Shown here piece after piece: positions 50,701 to 62,502 of a DNA stretch of 64,000 nucleotides (positions are counted from its first letter, which is position 1; the number at the start of each line of letters is the position of its first letter). The position numbers and the translations under genes are program-made. The stretch is from Klebsormidium nitens (lineage: Eukaryota; Plantae; Klebsormidiophyceae): contig DF236951.1 of NCBI GenBank assembly GCA_000708835.1, positions 124,101 through 188,100 of the forward strand. Reading direction: 5' to 3'. Under the pieces are notes generated by a model. That model was not told the origin of the DNA, made no database searches, and was given only the letters and a program-made list of their open reading frames with translations.

Positions 50701-51368
50701 CTTGACGCCTTGGACGCAATTCCATTCTGCCCATTGCTTCCTCAAGGACTGAGTTTTGATATTCCAAACTTGTTCGCATTGACAGGGTGGAGAACACCCA
50801 AAACAAAAGAGTACTGGTCCGTGTCTTCGAGCTGTCAGTGTTATTTTCTTTGACCAACATGAGATGCTACAGTATTCAAGTGCAAGTGATGACGTTGGTT
50901 GGCGCTAGCTTTATTGTCCCAGGGAGGTGGTGACCAAAATTCTAGTCTGATAATTCCAGCCACCAAATGTAGCATCAGAACTGCAGAAAGCGACCAGCGG
51001 ATATCCGTTTGCTGCTTTCCCTTTGTTCTCCAGTCCAAACTCACGTTCAAAAGACATGATGAGCGACAGACCTGTTTGACGCAAATTCTCAAATAAAAGA
51101 CGGTTTGAACAACTTGCACTCACGCGTTCCGGTCATGTGAACAAGTCACAATGCAATTTGAACTTGGCGCCCAGTCAATCCCGGACACCAGCTGATCATG
51201 ATTCTTCAGAACATGTATCCTTTCCAATTCGCTTCCTGAAACGCTCCCTGGCGGCACACGGAAGATGTGAACCTCATTACTGTTTGGGCAAACCGCCAGC
51301 ATGCTCTGATCGCTGTTCCAGGCATGGCAGGAAACAGATGGCCACAATTGGCGGATCAGGGACGCCAT
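47780..51368 (-). CDS. ARPC1: Actin-related protein 2/3 complex subunit 1 (p41-Arc, WD40)
   Basis: [154 protein letters not shown]. Confidence 0.96.
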
Positions 51369-52141
51369 GTTGATCAATGCAGGAGAGCATGCCAGCGCTA
51401 GGTGCTTTTCCAAGGTGAAAGTTGCGCACCTTTGATCGACTCAGAAGCGAATGCGTGACTCGACGGCTACCATGCTGCACTAATCAGAGCAAGAAAGCAC
51501 CCTTTTGATGTAAAGTTGAATACTACACGGGCTTGCAGAGCATTCCCCCTGAATGTCGAAGTACCTAGGATAATGGGAAGACTTGGTTCAACTTTCATCC
51601 TGAGAACAGCATTCTGTCCAGCGCGTGATCAACTTCAAGCCTAGCCTACTAGTACAGGCTCAGCTCGCAAGGAAGTTGCGTTCTTCCATACCTACTCTCA
51701 AGGAATCTGCACCGTGAGATTTACAAAACATCAACGGACGGTCGAGAGTTGATCTACTTGGAAAGTCCAATTTGGCAAGAATATTCGAACTTTAACCACA
51801 CATCGTAAGTTTTCCAAATGCACGTGCAACACAAATGCTCTTACGTTCAAGTGCCGCCATTGATTTAGCAGCCGAGAGCTGCTAATTTAACGGCTGAAAT
51901 TATAACCTGGAAAGATGGTCAGCCAAAAACAGCCAGCTGGCACTAGGATAGTGACTATCCCACCACGTTTACAAATTACAAGTGCGTCTTGCCAAGTTGC
52001 TCGTTGCTCCAGAGTCCACTGCCGCCATCATGATCAATCGTGATTGATGACAATGTGCATGAGCTTTCTGGCCACTGACTACCGTAGGACCTAGGTTCGA
52101 GAAGCATTTGCTCGCGGGGCTATTCTGTCGAACAGCACAAC

Positions 52142-55100
52142 ATGGGCGCCTTGCAGCACCTCCACACCAGGGACGACACAGAGCTTTCCAGCATGAGCGG
52201 CACCCCAACCCTCCCCACGAGCAGCCGGCCCCCGCTTGCAGCATTGACCCGCAACAACTCTACCGGACATTCTCCGCTTGGACCACGCCCAATGGAAAGA
52301 CAAGCTTCTTCCTTTACAGCAGGATCTTGCACAGAGCAAGCTAGTAGCTTTACAAGTTCCCTGCAAAGAAACGACAGCCTTGCTCAGGAGCGGAAAGGAG
52401 GTCTGACAGCTCAGGACGCGACAGCTGGCAACTTGGGAGTGGCGGAGGATGTAAGAAACCTTGCTAGATCTGAGGCCGGTGGAGGCGCCAGGGGCGCCAA
52501 GCTCGAGGTTTTGGGGAGTGGACAGCCCCTGTCTAGATTGCACAGTGTCTCTGTGACGTCACTTCAGGAGCAGGACAGTTTGGATTCTAAAGCTCCCCCC
52601 CCAATCTCCATTCCAGACAGCACATTCGCCCACTTTCCCAGCTCGCATGCAGGCCCGCCGCACAACAACCCGTTCCTAGGCCAGCCTGCTGATGGTGTTT
52701 CCCACCCGCTACACACGCCGCCAGCTGGCAGCACCGCGCACGCTCACAGCTTCCCCGGCCCCAACACTACGGCCGGGGGTTTCGAAACCCAGATCCCAAC
52801 TTGGCAGCCTGCCTCTCGCAGCCCCACCGTACATCCAAATTCACCCATTGCCTCTGCAAACCAGTTACAGAACCGTGTCCGTAGATCTAGCGACCCTCTG
52901 TCCGCCTCTGGGGTCGGAATTGCCACCCATGTGCCGCAGACGTGGATCAACCCCCTCTCCTCGGAGATTTCGCTCAGCGTGCAACCCAAAAAGGCGGAGT
53001 CTTCCGAGGTTGGTCGTCCCCTATCCCCCCGTGAAACAAGGATTACGGTGGATTCATCTCCAAGGCCCTCCCGCTTTGGACAGAAAGAAGGCGCCAGCAC
53101 TAAACCGTCGGGCGGGGGAGATTCAGACGAGGATGATGGGGGTCCACTTCTCCAGGCGTGGCGCTCTGGAAACCTGCCCATTGAGATGCGCTCCGATTCA
53201 ACTTTGAGTCGCTTCAACAAACGGCTGCCATCGCTTCGAGTGCCTCATTCTCCGGGGGGGTCCAAGAGAGGTCAGCCAAGCCCGAATGGCAGTGACAAGA
53301 TTACGCCCGCATTGAAGCACCCTCAGTCCGAAATCATGAGTCCGGATCTGGGAGGGGGCTTCGCAAACGAGGGCAGTGGCAGAATTGGGTTAGAGTCCCC
53401 TAGGCCGATGCCTTCGAGAGTCTTCAACCGCACGAAAACGTCTCGCCTCGGAGACCCTCGGGAGAATGGCATGTTTGCCAGCAAAGACACGGTGATCCAC
53501 AAACCAGACGCCGTCGCAAAGTCTGGTCTGCTCCAGAAGTCCGGGCTCCAGAAGTCCGGGGTATTCGAAAGGCCCACGAATTCGGGGTTGTTGAAAAAGT
53601 CGGACTCGGGATTTTTGAAAAAGTCGGGGCTTCTGGGGAGGGCTAAGACCAAAGTGGGGCGGTCGGGGCAGCTGCCAAAGGGAGGGGCGCTCGAGCGGGT
53701 GGACGAGGATGATGATTCGCTGGAGGACGACGATGTGCCGGAGAACTGGTGGGCGGAGCAGAACAAGTGCAGCTGGTTCACCATCCTGCAGTGGGTGGCG
53801 CTGGTGAGGATCAAAATTGCGGAGGACTTCTTTCATGTCTTCAATGTGGAGATGAACTAGGAGTGTTGGAATCTACGAGGGTCCCTGACGGAAGATTCTG
53901 CCGAGGAGGAGTTTCAGACTGTTTGCTTCGTCACTTGGTGTTCTTTGTCGTGCAAAGACAAAGAAAGATACATTTCCTTCGGGCAACTCAGATTGTCTTC
54001 GTTCTTCGGGGCTCAACGCTTGACCTTTTGAAGCATTTATGATAAGGAGACGTTTGCATATGTGTCTCCTGTCAACATCAGGATTCAGAGGAGTCCTCCA
54101 GATCTGATGATGACACTGCAGTTTTGGCGCAGTTTTTGCTCAAGCAGCCCAGCGGTCCCTGCTTTCTTCACAGGGGCCTGTTAAACGTGCCATCTAATCC
54201 TTTCTTCCTGAGTCCCAACACATTATGTTTGTCAGTATCAACCTTGAAGTGGCTCATCTCATAATCTGCAAGCGCAAGCTCTGGCGACACTCGTACAGGT
54301 TCCAAAACCTCAAGCACAGAGCCTTCCAAAGGTTCGTGCCCCGCAGAGATCGGCCACTTGATTTTTCTCACCAACTGTTCCCCTTTCTCCGCCAGGTACT
54401 GATCATTGCTCTTTTCATCACGAGCACGGCTGTGTGGGGCGAGGTGAAGCTGCTGGGCGTGCTGCAGTGGAAGTGGCTGCTCATTCTGCTCGTGGTTGTG
54501 TCGGGCCGCCTCATCTCGGGCTGGCTCGTCAAGATCGTTGTCTTCATCCTGGAGCGCAACTTCCTCATGAAGTGAGCCCGCAATTACGCGTTTTCGTGTG
54601 CTGTGGAAGGTTGATGGGATGGAGCTCAAGAATGCGGAACTTATCTGGTGGATGTTCCGTTATGTTGTGCAAAACGGGTTATGCATTGTTGCAATGCTGT
54701 TGAGAGTTGATTTCGGATGCTAGGCAAGGTCTTGAAATCAAACGGCACCGCTTCTTCTGGAAAACGAAAATGGCAGACAGGAGCCACGAGTTGCTTGAAG
54801 TCTAGGTCATCAGATTGCCACCCGGCCCTTTGGTGCCAGTACACATGTCAGCTCGCTCTTGGCGCTTCCGAACTGGTCTGTCAACAACCCTCCTGCTTGG
54901 AATCATGATTTCTTTTGGTTACCTCCACCTTTGCAAATTGGCAGGTTCTCAGGACTTTTCCAATTCGACCTTCCGTGATCGCATCCTTCTGTTTGTCCTG
55001 CAGGAAGCGCGTGCTGTACTTTGTGTACAGCCTCAAGAGCGGCGTGCAGAACTGCCTGTGGATGGGCCTGGTCACCGCGTGCTGGTACGCCGTCATGGAC

Positions 55101-58100
55101 CCCAAGGTGCGCGACGTCGACAACCGCCTCCAGTACGTGACACGTGTCATCCTCTGCATCTTCGTGGCCAGCGCCCTCAAGCTCGCCGAGGTGAGCCCCC
55201 AGTCGCTTGCTGTGAATTATCCACGTGGCATAGTCTAGCAGCGTGGGCAGCCCAGAAAGGCGTCACTTGCCTGGCCATTGCCTCTTCCTTCTGTTCTACG
55301 TTAGGGTGCGCGTCGATCGAAAAGCTGCAAAAAGCTTTCCAGATATTTGAACCAATCGGATGGCTTTTCACATCCACGTGGTACATACCAGAAGAAAAAT
55401 ATGGCTTGAAAAGTACCGTACCTCCTACTTGTCTGTACTACAAAGGCAACCCTGGAGGCCAAGTAGGTTTTCGGTCGACGCGCAACTCTAGCGCTGCCTT
55501 GACCCGGATCGTGGATGCTCTCGCATTGTTGTTGCGATTGGGGATGCGCTGCACACATGTGTTGCCTCGTGACAGGATGCTATTAGCGTATCCTCTCTGG
55601 AAAGGTAACACTCTAAGCCGCGAGCCCACAAGTGTTTCTGGGCGCACTGCTTGACTGCCTTGAGCACCCAATTATGGACGCCTGCCTGTGAACCTTGTAG
55701 ACAGGACTCCAAATTGACGCTCGCAAGTTCTTGCAGGCCGAAAAGACATCTTGAACTGCATTGACGCTTGCAGAGCGGCCGAACATAACGTAGCTACGTC
55801 TTCTGATCCTACTTCCCCGCTCGGTGCAGGTTCTGTTCATCAAGGTGACTGCCAGCCGGTACCACGTGAACCGCTTCTTCGAGCGCATCCAGGACACGCT
55901 CTTCCACCAGCACATCCTCGAGACGCTTTCTGCGCCCCCCACACTCGGTTGGGAAGCCGCCGAGAAGGAGGAGGAGGAGGCGACCACGCAGAGCAAGAGC
56001 GGGCCCACGAAGTCGCCGGAGCAGCTCTCCCGGACGTTCGGGACCACGGTCAGGTAAGCAAGGGATACGGGGAGTCGCAGTCTAACGACTGGTGTCGGAG
56101 ATATATGCCTGGATTATGGAAGATTAAGAAGGCTGAAGTAAAGGTCCCTCGTTTCTTCTGAATAAAAATCCGGACGGCGTTGAAGGCGTAAGCCGTGAGT
56201 TGATTTGCCAGATAAGACGTGAAGCAGCTACTCTGTCAGAACGGGCATGCATCACTGGAGCTTAAATGCTTGGTCCTCCTAGTGGCACATGCGTCGAGAA
56301 AACGGAAAACAGGTTCTTGGACTTTTGAAAGAGAGGTCCAGACGCCCCATGGAAACAAATAGAGAATACTCGTAAGTGGAGGGTGTTCTCCTGTCGCAAA
56401 GTTCATTGTCGAAGTCCGGCTAAGGCCGGTTGCTCCAAACACGTGTGAAAAGCTTCCGAGTTCAGGACGAGAAAGTCGGAACCCGCAGCTCACTCCTTTC
56501 TCTTACCAACCATCCAGACGGCGGAGCGAGTCGGGTCCCCTAGGGGGATCCCCTCGGCAGCGCACCCCCGAGGGCACTCCCCGGTCGGCGCGGTCGGCGC
56601 CCCGCGAGACGGTGGTGGAGGAGGAGACGGGCAAGGTGGACATCGACAAGCTGCAGCAGCTCAGCAGCTCCACCGTCTCGGCCTGGTCCATGAAGCGGCT
56701 CATCAACCTCGTGCGCTACCAGGTGGGTTACAGGGGGTTCCTTCTTTCAGGTCTGGGGTTCGGAATGTAGTGGCTATGCCTTCTTGGAGGTTTCAAAGCA
56801 TCGGTGATCAACCTTGTGCGCAATTAGGTGCGAGGGTTTCAATTTTAGAAGAGCTTGTCTTTTGCTGTTCACAGACTGTGAAGTCATGAGTTTGGGCGTT
56901 TTGTTCGTTTGCCCGTGATTTTATGTCCAAGTATTGGTCATTCCGACGGAACGGGCTTTGCCGTTTTGTGGAGGCCTTGTGACCAGCCCTGCAGTAGCGT
57001 TGCTTGAGTTGGCTTGACCAGCACAGGTGTTTCGAGGTTGTCTCGAGTCTTTGAAGTTTAGGCACACGGGGCCAATCGGCATGCAAACTCGCCCAGCTCA
57101 TCGATCTTGAGTCCTGATCGCCGTTGACTGCGTGCAGGGCATCAGCACGTACTCGGACGTGGTGGAGGCCGGCGAGGAGATCAACAGCGAGATGGCCGCA
57201 AAAGCCGCCGCCAGGCAGATCTTCTACAACGTCGCCAAGCCCAACAGCAGGTCAGATATTGTCAACAGCGCAGAACCACGACTTTGGGCCTCTATCCCGT
57301 GTATCTACGGGTTGATTCATCCGGTTCAGCGTTCATGTCTCTGCTTATGTTTCAGAGATGGAGAGGACGTTCTCCCGTAGAACTCAAAACGAAGTTGCTT
57401 GTGGTCGCCTGTTGCTCGCCTGTTTATCCTTGCCTCGTTTGAAGCAAAGTTGCTGACAGGGCTATTCACTGCGAGTGAACACTAGACCTGACTTGCAACG
57501 CACCGTTCGCTTCTTCTCAGCATAACAATTACTCAACCGCCAATATTTCTGTTGACCTGTATATGTCAAGCCGGGTCCCCGTCAAAAATACAGGCTGCCA
57601 ATTTTGTGAGTCATAACAAGTATCGTGATCCCCTGTGCTCCTCCTGCCGCAGGTACATCACGATCGACGACCTGCGCCGCTTTTTGACCGGCGACGAGGT
57701 GGCGCGCACGTGGATGATGTTCGAGGGCGCCGTCGAGAAGGGCCACATCACCAAGAAGAGCCTCAAGGCCTGGGTCGTCACCGTCTACAACGTAAGGGCC
57801 TTTTGATCTTCTTCTTTCGAACCGTATCTGGTCTCCTTTCCTATTGATTTTGGTTCTCGATCAGAAAAGGGCTCGCCTCGGCTTTTCAAGTTCTACGTTG
57901 TTTGCCGACAGGCACCACTTCCCGTCTGGTGAACTTTCCGTATGCCGAGGAAGCCGTGACGAAAGCTGATCCCTCTGCTTGCATGGGAAAGGGCGCAGCC
58001 TGAGCCAGACAAAGACCAAAATCAAGACGGCTCTGTGCTCACCAATCTAATCAAGACGGCCCATCCGTCACTAGTTGTGTAATCTGCATCCTGCTCAATG

Positions 58101-60938
58101 ACAACAATCAGAAAAGCATTCTTAATATTGATGGTTGCTCCGCTTGCTTCTTCCCAGGAGCGGCGCAGCCTGAGCTCGACGCGAACGACACAAAGACCTT
58201 CTGATTACCCTCCCTTTCTGTATCTTTATTCCACCACCTCAGTTTTGAAAAGTAAGGTCAGTTTTGATGGAGCTCCGCTTCGCTCCTCCCCGAGAGCGGC
58301 GCAGCCTGCGCTTGACGCTAAACGACACGAAGGCACTAACTTTTGTCTCTGCTTCTATACCCTCCATCCCACCTTCCTCAGATTGAAGAGGCTGTCAGAT
58401 TATGACGGAGCTCCACTTTTGCTTCATCCCAGGAGCGGCGCAGCCTGAGCCTGACGCTGTAACGACATAAAAAGACCATGTTTTTCATTCTGAACCTCTC
58501 CATTTCACCTCAGTGAGTCTGAGAGAAAGCTCAGGTTGACGCAGCTCAGCTTTGTCCCCTCAGGAGCGGCGCAGCTTCAGCGTAACGCTGAAACGACACG
58601 AAGACAGTGCCTTTCCCCCTTATTTCAAACCCCCTACCCCACCTTCTCAAACTTGAAAAAGGTCAAATTTTGACGGAGGTCGCGTTGCTTTTTCCCCAGG
58701 AGCGGCGCAGCTTGAGTTTGACGCTGAACGACACGAAGACGGTGGTGAAGAAGCTGAAGGGCGTGCTGGACGCGCTGCTGTGGGCGGTCATCGTGGTCGT
58801 GTGGCTCACCATCCTGGGCATCGCCTCCTCCAACCTCTGGGTCGTCCTCTCCTCCCTGCTCATCAGGTGCGCCTCCTGCGGCTTTTAGAAGCTGCAGACC
58901 AGGACCTGCGGAGATGGATGTGTTTTTGACGTAACAACGCGCTACTAGGAAAGCAGACTTGTCCGTGCTTTGCTTCGCGAGCCTTTTTTCGTGGTTTGAT
59001 TTGCAAAAGTAGGCTTCATTTAGCGATTGTAACTTTATGAAACAACGTTTAACTGGTCGTCGGCTCGCTTCCAAGAATGTTGGTCATATTGTACACCTGT
59101 TGTTGTGGACTCTGACTCGTCAGCCTGACGCACTTCAAAGGTCACAACATTGTGAAGGCTGCTAGGAGACCCGTACCGTTCTAGTGGGACCTGCTTCCGT
59201 CCCCTGCATTCGTCAGCTGACGCGCGCTGCCTTTTGTGCGCAGTTGGGTGTTTGTGTTTGGCAACATGGCCAAGACGCTGTTCGAGGCGATCGTGTTCAT
59301 CTTCGTGATGCACCCCTTCGACGTGGGCGACCGCATCGAAGTGGACGGCAACCAGATGGTCGTCGAGGAAATGAACATCCTCACCACCGTCTTCCTCAGG
59401 TCAGGCCCACTGCGCAGCGTTCCTCTGTTCGCTCTGTCGTCTCCATGATTCAATCTGATGGCGGCAACCTTGTATGAGTGCATCTGCTTCAAGTGGAAAG
59501 CACTGCAGGTACCTGATTCGATCTTTTCAAGTTAGCAAGTTGCGCCAACCGACGGCGCTCCAGACCCTATTCTGGAGAGGGTTTTGCGGAGGTTTTGACT
59601 TCTCGTAAGCATACAGTGCAAACAAGAGAGATGCCGAATAGTGCGCGCCTCGGAGGTTACTGGGCGCAATCAAGAGCCCGTTCCAACATCTATTTGTGCA
59701 TCCCTTCCTAAACGCACTGCATCGGCAATTGCAGGGCGGACAACGGCAAGACGTACCTGCCGAATAGCGTGCTGGCGCAAAAGCAGATTGTGAACATGGG
59801 CCGCAGCTCCGACATGGGCGAGGCCATCGACTTCTTCGTCGACTCGCTCACGCCCGCCGAGAAGATCGCGGCGCTCAAGGAGCGCATTGGAGACTACCTC
59901 AAGGCGCTCCCGCACCATTGGTGAGCTGCCGGGCCGATCAAAGCGAGTCCTTGATATTCAAACCTTCTGTGACACCACCTCTATTTCTATGAGGTTAGGA
60001 AAGTCGGTTTTGTGTCCTAGGCGCAAGTGAAGCCGTGGAGCTTGAGAACGTGGCCGAGCTAGTAATGTTTCCCTACAGGTGAGAAGCAGGCCTCGGCGCC
60101 ACGTCGTGAATATCTTCGTTTGCATCTTTTCTTCGCCGTTTCGTAACTCTTTTATCCGACCCCACCGTTGCATCCCTTCTCTTTACGCGCAGGTACCCGA
60201 CGTTCTTCTTGCTTGTGCGCGACATCGACAAGACAAACAACCGCATGCAGTGCAGCTTCTGGGGGCAGCACACTATGAACCACCAGGTGAGAGCGCCAGC
60301 CCTTGAGCCGAAATGGCGGAAGGCACACGTGGCCAGCTTCACCCATTACTGATGCTGAGGCTCGAAACCATTTGAGTGTCGCGTTTCAAATGGACCCTCA
60401 AAGAAAGGGTTGACCCAGCGAGGCCGCATTCGCATACATCGAAAATCCGAAAACACTCATATGAAGGGCAAAACGACAATGGAAAAATGTTCTCAGGGAT
60501 GCGTATTGCTCCTGGAACGAATGGATTGATTACCCAACGCTTCTGACGTGTTCCATTGGTTGCTCTTTGCTTATTGCCTTTGCCGTATTGGCATGGCACG
60601 GCTTAACTGGTGATTCAAACTTTAGCTCCTCACATCTTGCAAGAGCAGTTTCTGTTGAAACATGGCAGTAAACAAGAATAGGGTCCCTTCTACGATTTAC
60701 CTTGACTCGATTGGACGGCTCAAAAAGTACGGTCAACAAGGACGGTCTCAAAAAGTTTCTGCAACACGAACCTAACTCTGATTGACCATGGTTGCAGAAT
60801 GCGGGGGAGCGCCACACCCGCCGGGGGGCCTTGCTGCAGCACCTGCTTGCGACCATGCGCGAGCTGGGAATCAACTACAGCATCCCCACACAGGAAGTCA
60901 GACTGGGGGGACGCCTAGAAGGTTTTGGGAAGGCGTGA
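52142..60938 (+). CDS. MSL: Mechanosensitive channel of small conductance-like protein, land-plant MSL4-10 type (group II), with very long N-terminus
   Basis: Exon 1 52142-53803 is disordered and contains KTSRLGDP and KSGLL repeats. TM exons follow (FILERNFLMKKRVLYFVYSLK), then SRYHVNRFFERIQDTLFHQHILETLS, SAWSMKRLINLV, AKAAARQIFYNVAK, ERRSLSLTLNDTKTVVKKL, and the MscS motif VFVFGNMAKTLFEAIVFIFVMHPFDVGDRIEVDGNQMVVEEMNILTTVFLR, then PNSVL, NMGRSSDMGE, ELGINY. Stop at 60936-60938. Confidence 0.95.
57986..58742 (+). repeat. Tandem array (~136-bp period) of diverged copies of the MSL intron-exon acceptor junction
   Basis: GAGCGGCGCAGC(C/T)T...GACGC...AACGACAC.AAG recurs at 58158, 58294, 58433, 58564 and at the true exon start 58700 (spacings 136, 139, 131, 136). 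Each copy is preceded by a TGA(C/T)G element and a pyrimidine tract. A more degenerate copy lies near 57986-58030. Confidence 0.92.
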
Positions 60939-62068
60939 AACCCCTTGCATCGCGAAATATGAGGCCCTCGGGGGCGAAGTTTTTGTCCGGAAGAGTTACT
61001 TTTGACCTGCTCGCGCCACTTGCCTGCACGTCTGACCTGAGATCATCATTGAAATATGCGTGCATCCGTCAGGCGAGATTTAGATCAGTCAATAGGAGAG
61101 GGTGTTCGACCGTTACGTCGCTTACCGTTGCGGAATTTCTTTACAAACTTGTCTTAGTTCGAAGTAAACTTAAGCTACTGGGAGGATAGGTACGGAAGTA
61201 GCAGGGTTGATCGAAGACCGGTCAAGTTGAGTGGGACTGCAGTTTTAGCGTGGCTTTTTCACGTAATTATTGGAGCCGCCTTGAGACTTTTTATTTTAGT
61301 GCTGGTTGGTTGTTGAGTACTTTGAAAACTGCTTTAGCTGACGTTTAATAGATCCATCGCTAGTTTAGCTTCTTACGTTTGAGCCTCATACCGGTAATCA
61401 AAGGAGTCTCTAACAATTTAACCTGATCTTCAGTCGTCCGTAGTTCAGGTTTCGTAGTGAGGTGAAGTTACATTTTCAAAAGGCACCAGGCCACGTTTTT
61501 GGTCTTCAAACCGCGGTTGGGGTGGATGTACTCCAACAGAGGCCTGATCTTTTATCATGTTGAGCATTTGCATATCGTTGCTCTTGCTTATCATTCTTCT
61601 TCAGCATTGCGCCGGGGCCGCTGAGCATGTACAGGCCACTTAACTTGCATGCAAAGATTGTCATTGCGTTTCATGCATACCTACGTGCAGGCCCCGCTTG
61701 CATTTACCGACTCACACTGAGCAAATGCCTGAGTTTGATCATGCACCGGCTTTACATATGTGCCGAACAAAATGCCATATGCACACAACGTCGGAGGATT
61801 TGTGCAAGATGCATCATGTCACTACCGGCGGGCCTGATGTTGGGCGCGGCAAGGTTCTTTGGACAACGTTATTGAGCTGCTCGTATATGAGGTGCATTGC
61901 CCTAGTATAGCTCATAACCCTGCAACAATTGCTCATGATACGTCGAAATCACTCTTGAATTCCGGTTGGATAACATAATCTCATCAAGTAGCCCATGCAC
62001 CGGCCGGCGGGATTGATGCTCTGCCGAGACACAGGACAACGCGAACGTAGCCAGGAGCCTAAGCGGCA

Positions 62069-62502
62069 ATGGGGTTCACGTCCTGCTGCGCCGCGTGCGG
62101 CCTCAAGCACGCCAGTGACCCGCTCATGGCGACAGTTGCCAGAACAAGTGGCGCCCAAGAGTCGCCGCCACCACGGGCAATACCAACGGCAAACCTTCCG
62201 GCCGCGGTGCCAGCTGTCACCACTCAAGCTGCTCAGAGGAGAGTCCCAACTGATACGAGCAAAAAGGGGAGACAGTTTGGCAAGTACAGGTGTCCTCAGT
62301 GCCGCAGGTTCTGGATGAGCTGTAAAGTTGGGAGGGCATGGGGCAGCAGTGTCAGGTGTGCAAAATCAATTTGCACCCCTTCGCGCTGAACGAGCTGCTG
62401 AAGCGCACGGAAAAGATTGACACTACGAGAAAGCACCCTCAGCATCTGTGTGAGAAATGTAGGCTGCTTGGCTATAGCTGCCGCGATTACTGTTCAGAAT
62501 GA
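62069..62502 (+). pseudogene. ZCCHC24-like 3CxxC zinc-finger gene with a 1-nt frameshift (pseudogene or assembly error)
   Basis: Frame A reads RQFGKYRCPQCRRFWMSC; after one missing base at ~62325, frame B reads SWEGMGQQCQVCKINLHP...KHPQHLCEKCRLLGYSC*. The joined sequence parallels the ZCCHC24 C-terminal domain as recalled ([35 protein letters not shown]...HPQHLCEKCKVLGYYC). No intron can explain the shift. Confidence 0.8.

Noticed and set aside
54815-55654. 279-aa plus-strand ORF inside MSL
   Set aside because: An out-of-frame read across an MSL exon and its flanking introns; no independent features.
58158-58742. CRISPR-like reading of the regularly spaced 40-nt repeats
   Set aside because: Eukaryotic intron, no cas genes, the repeats are diverged copies of an exon start, and the spacers are homologous to each other.
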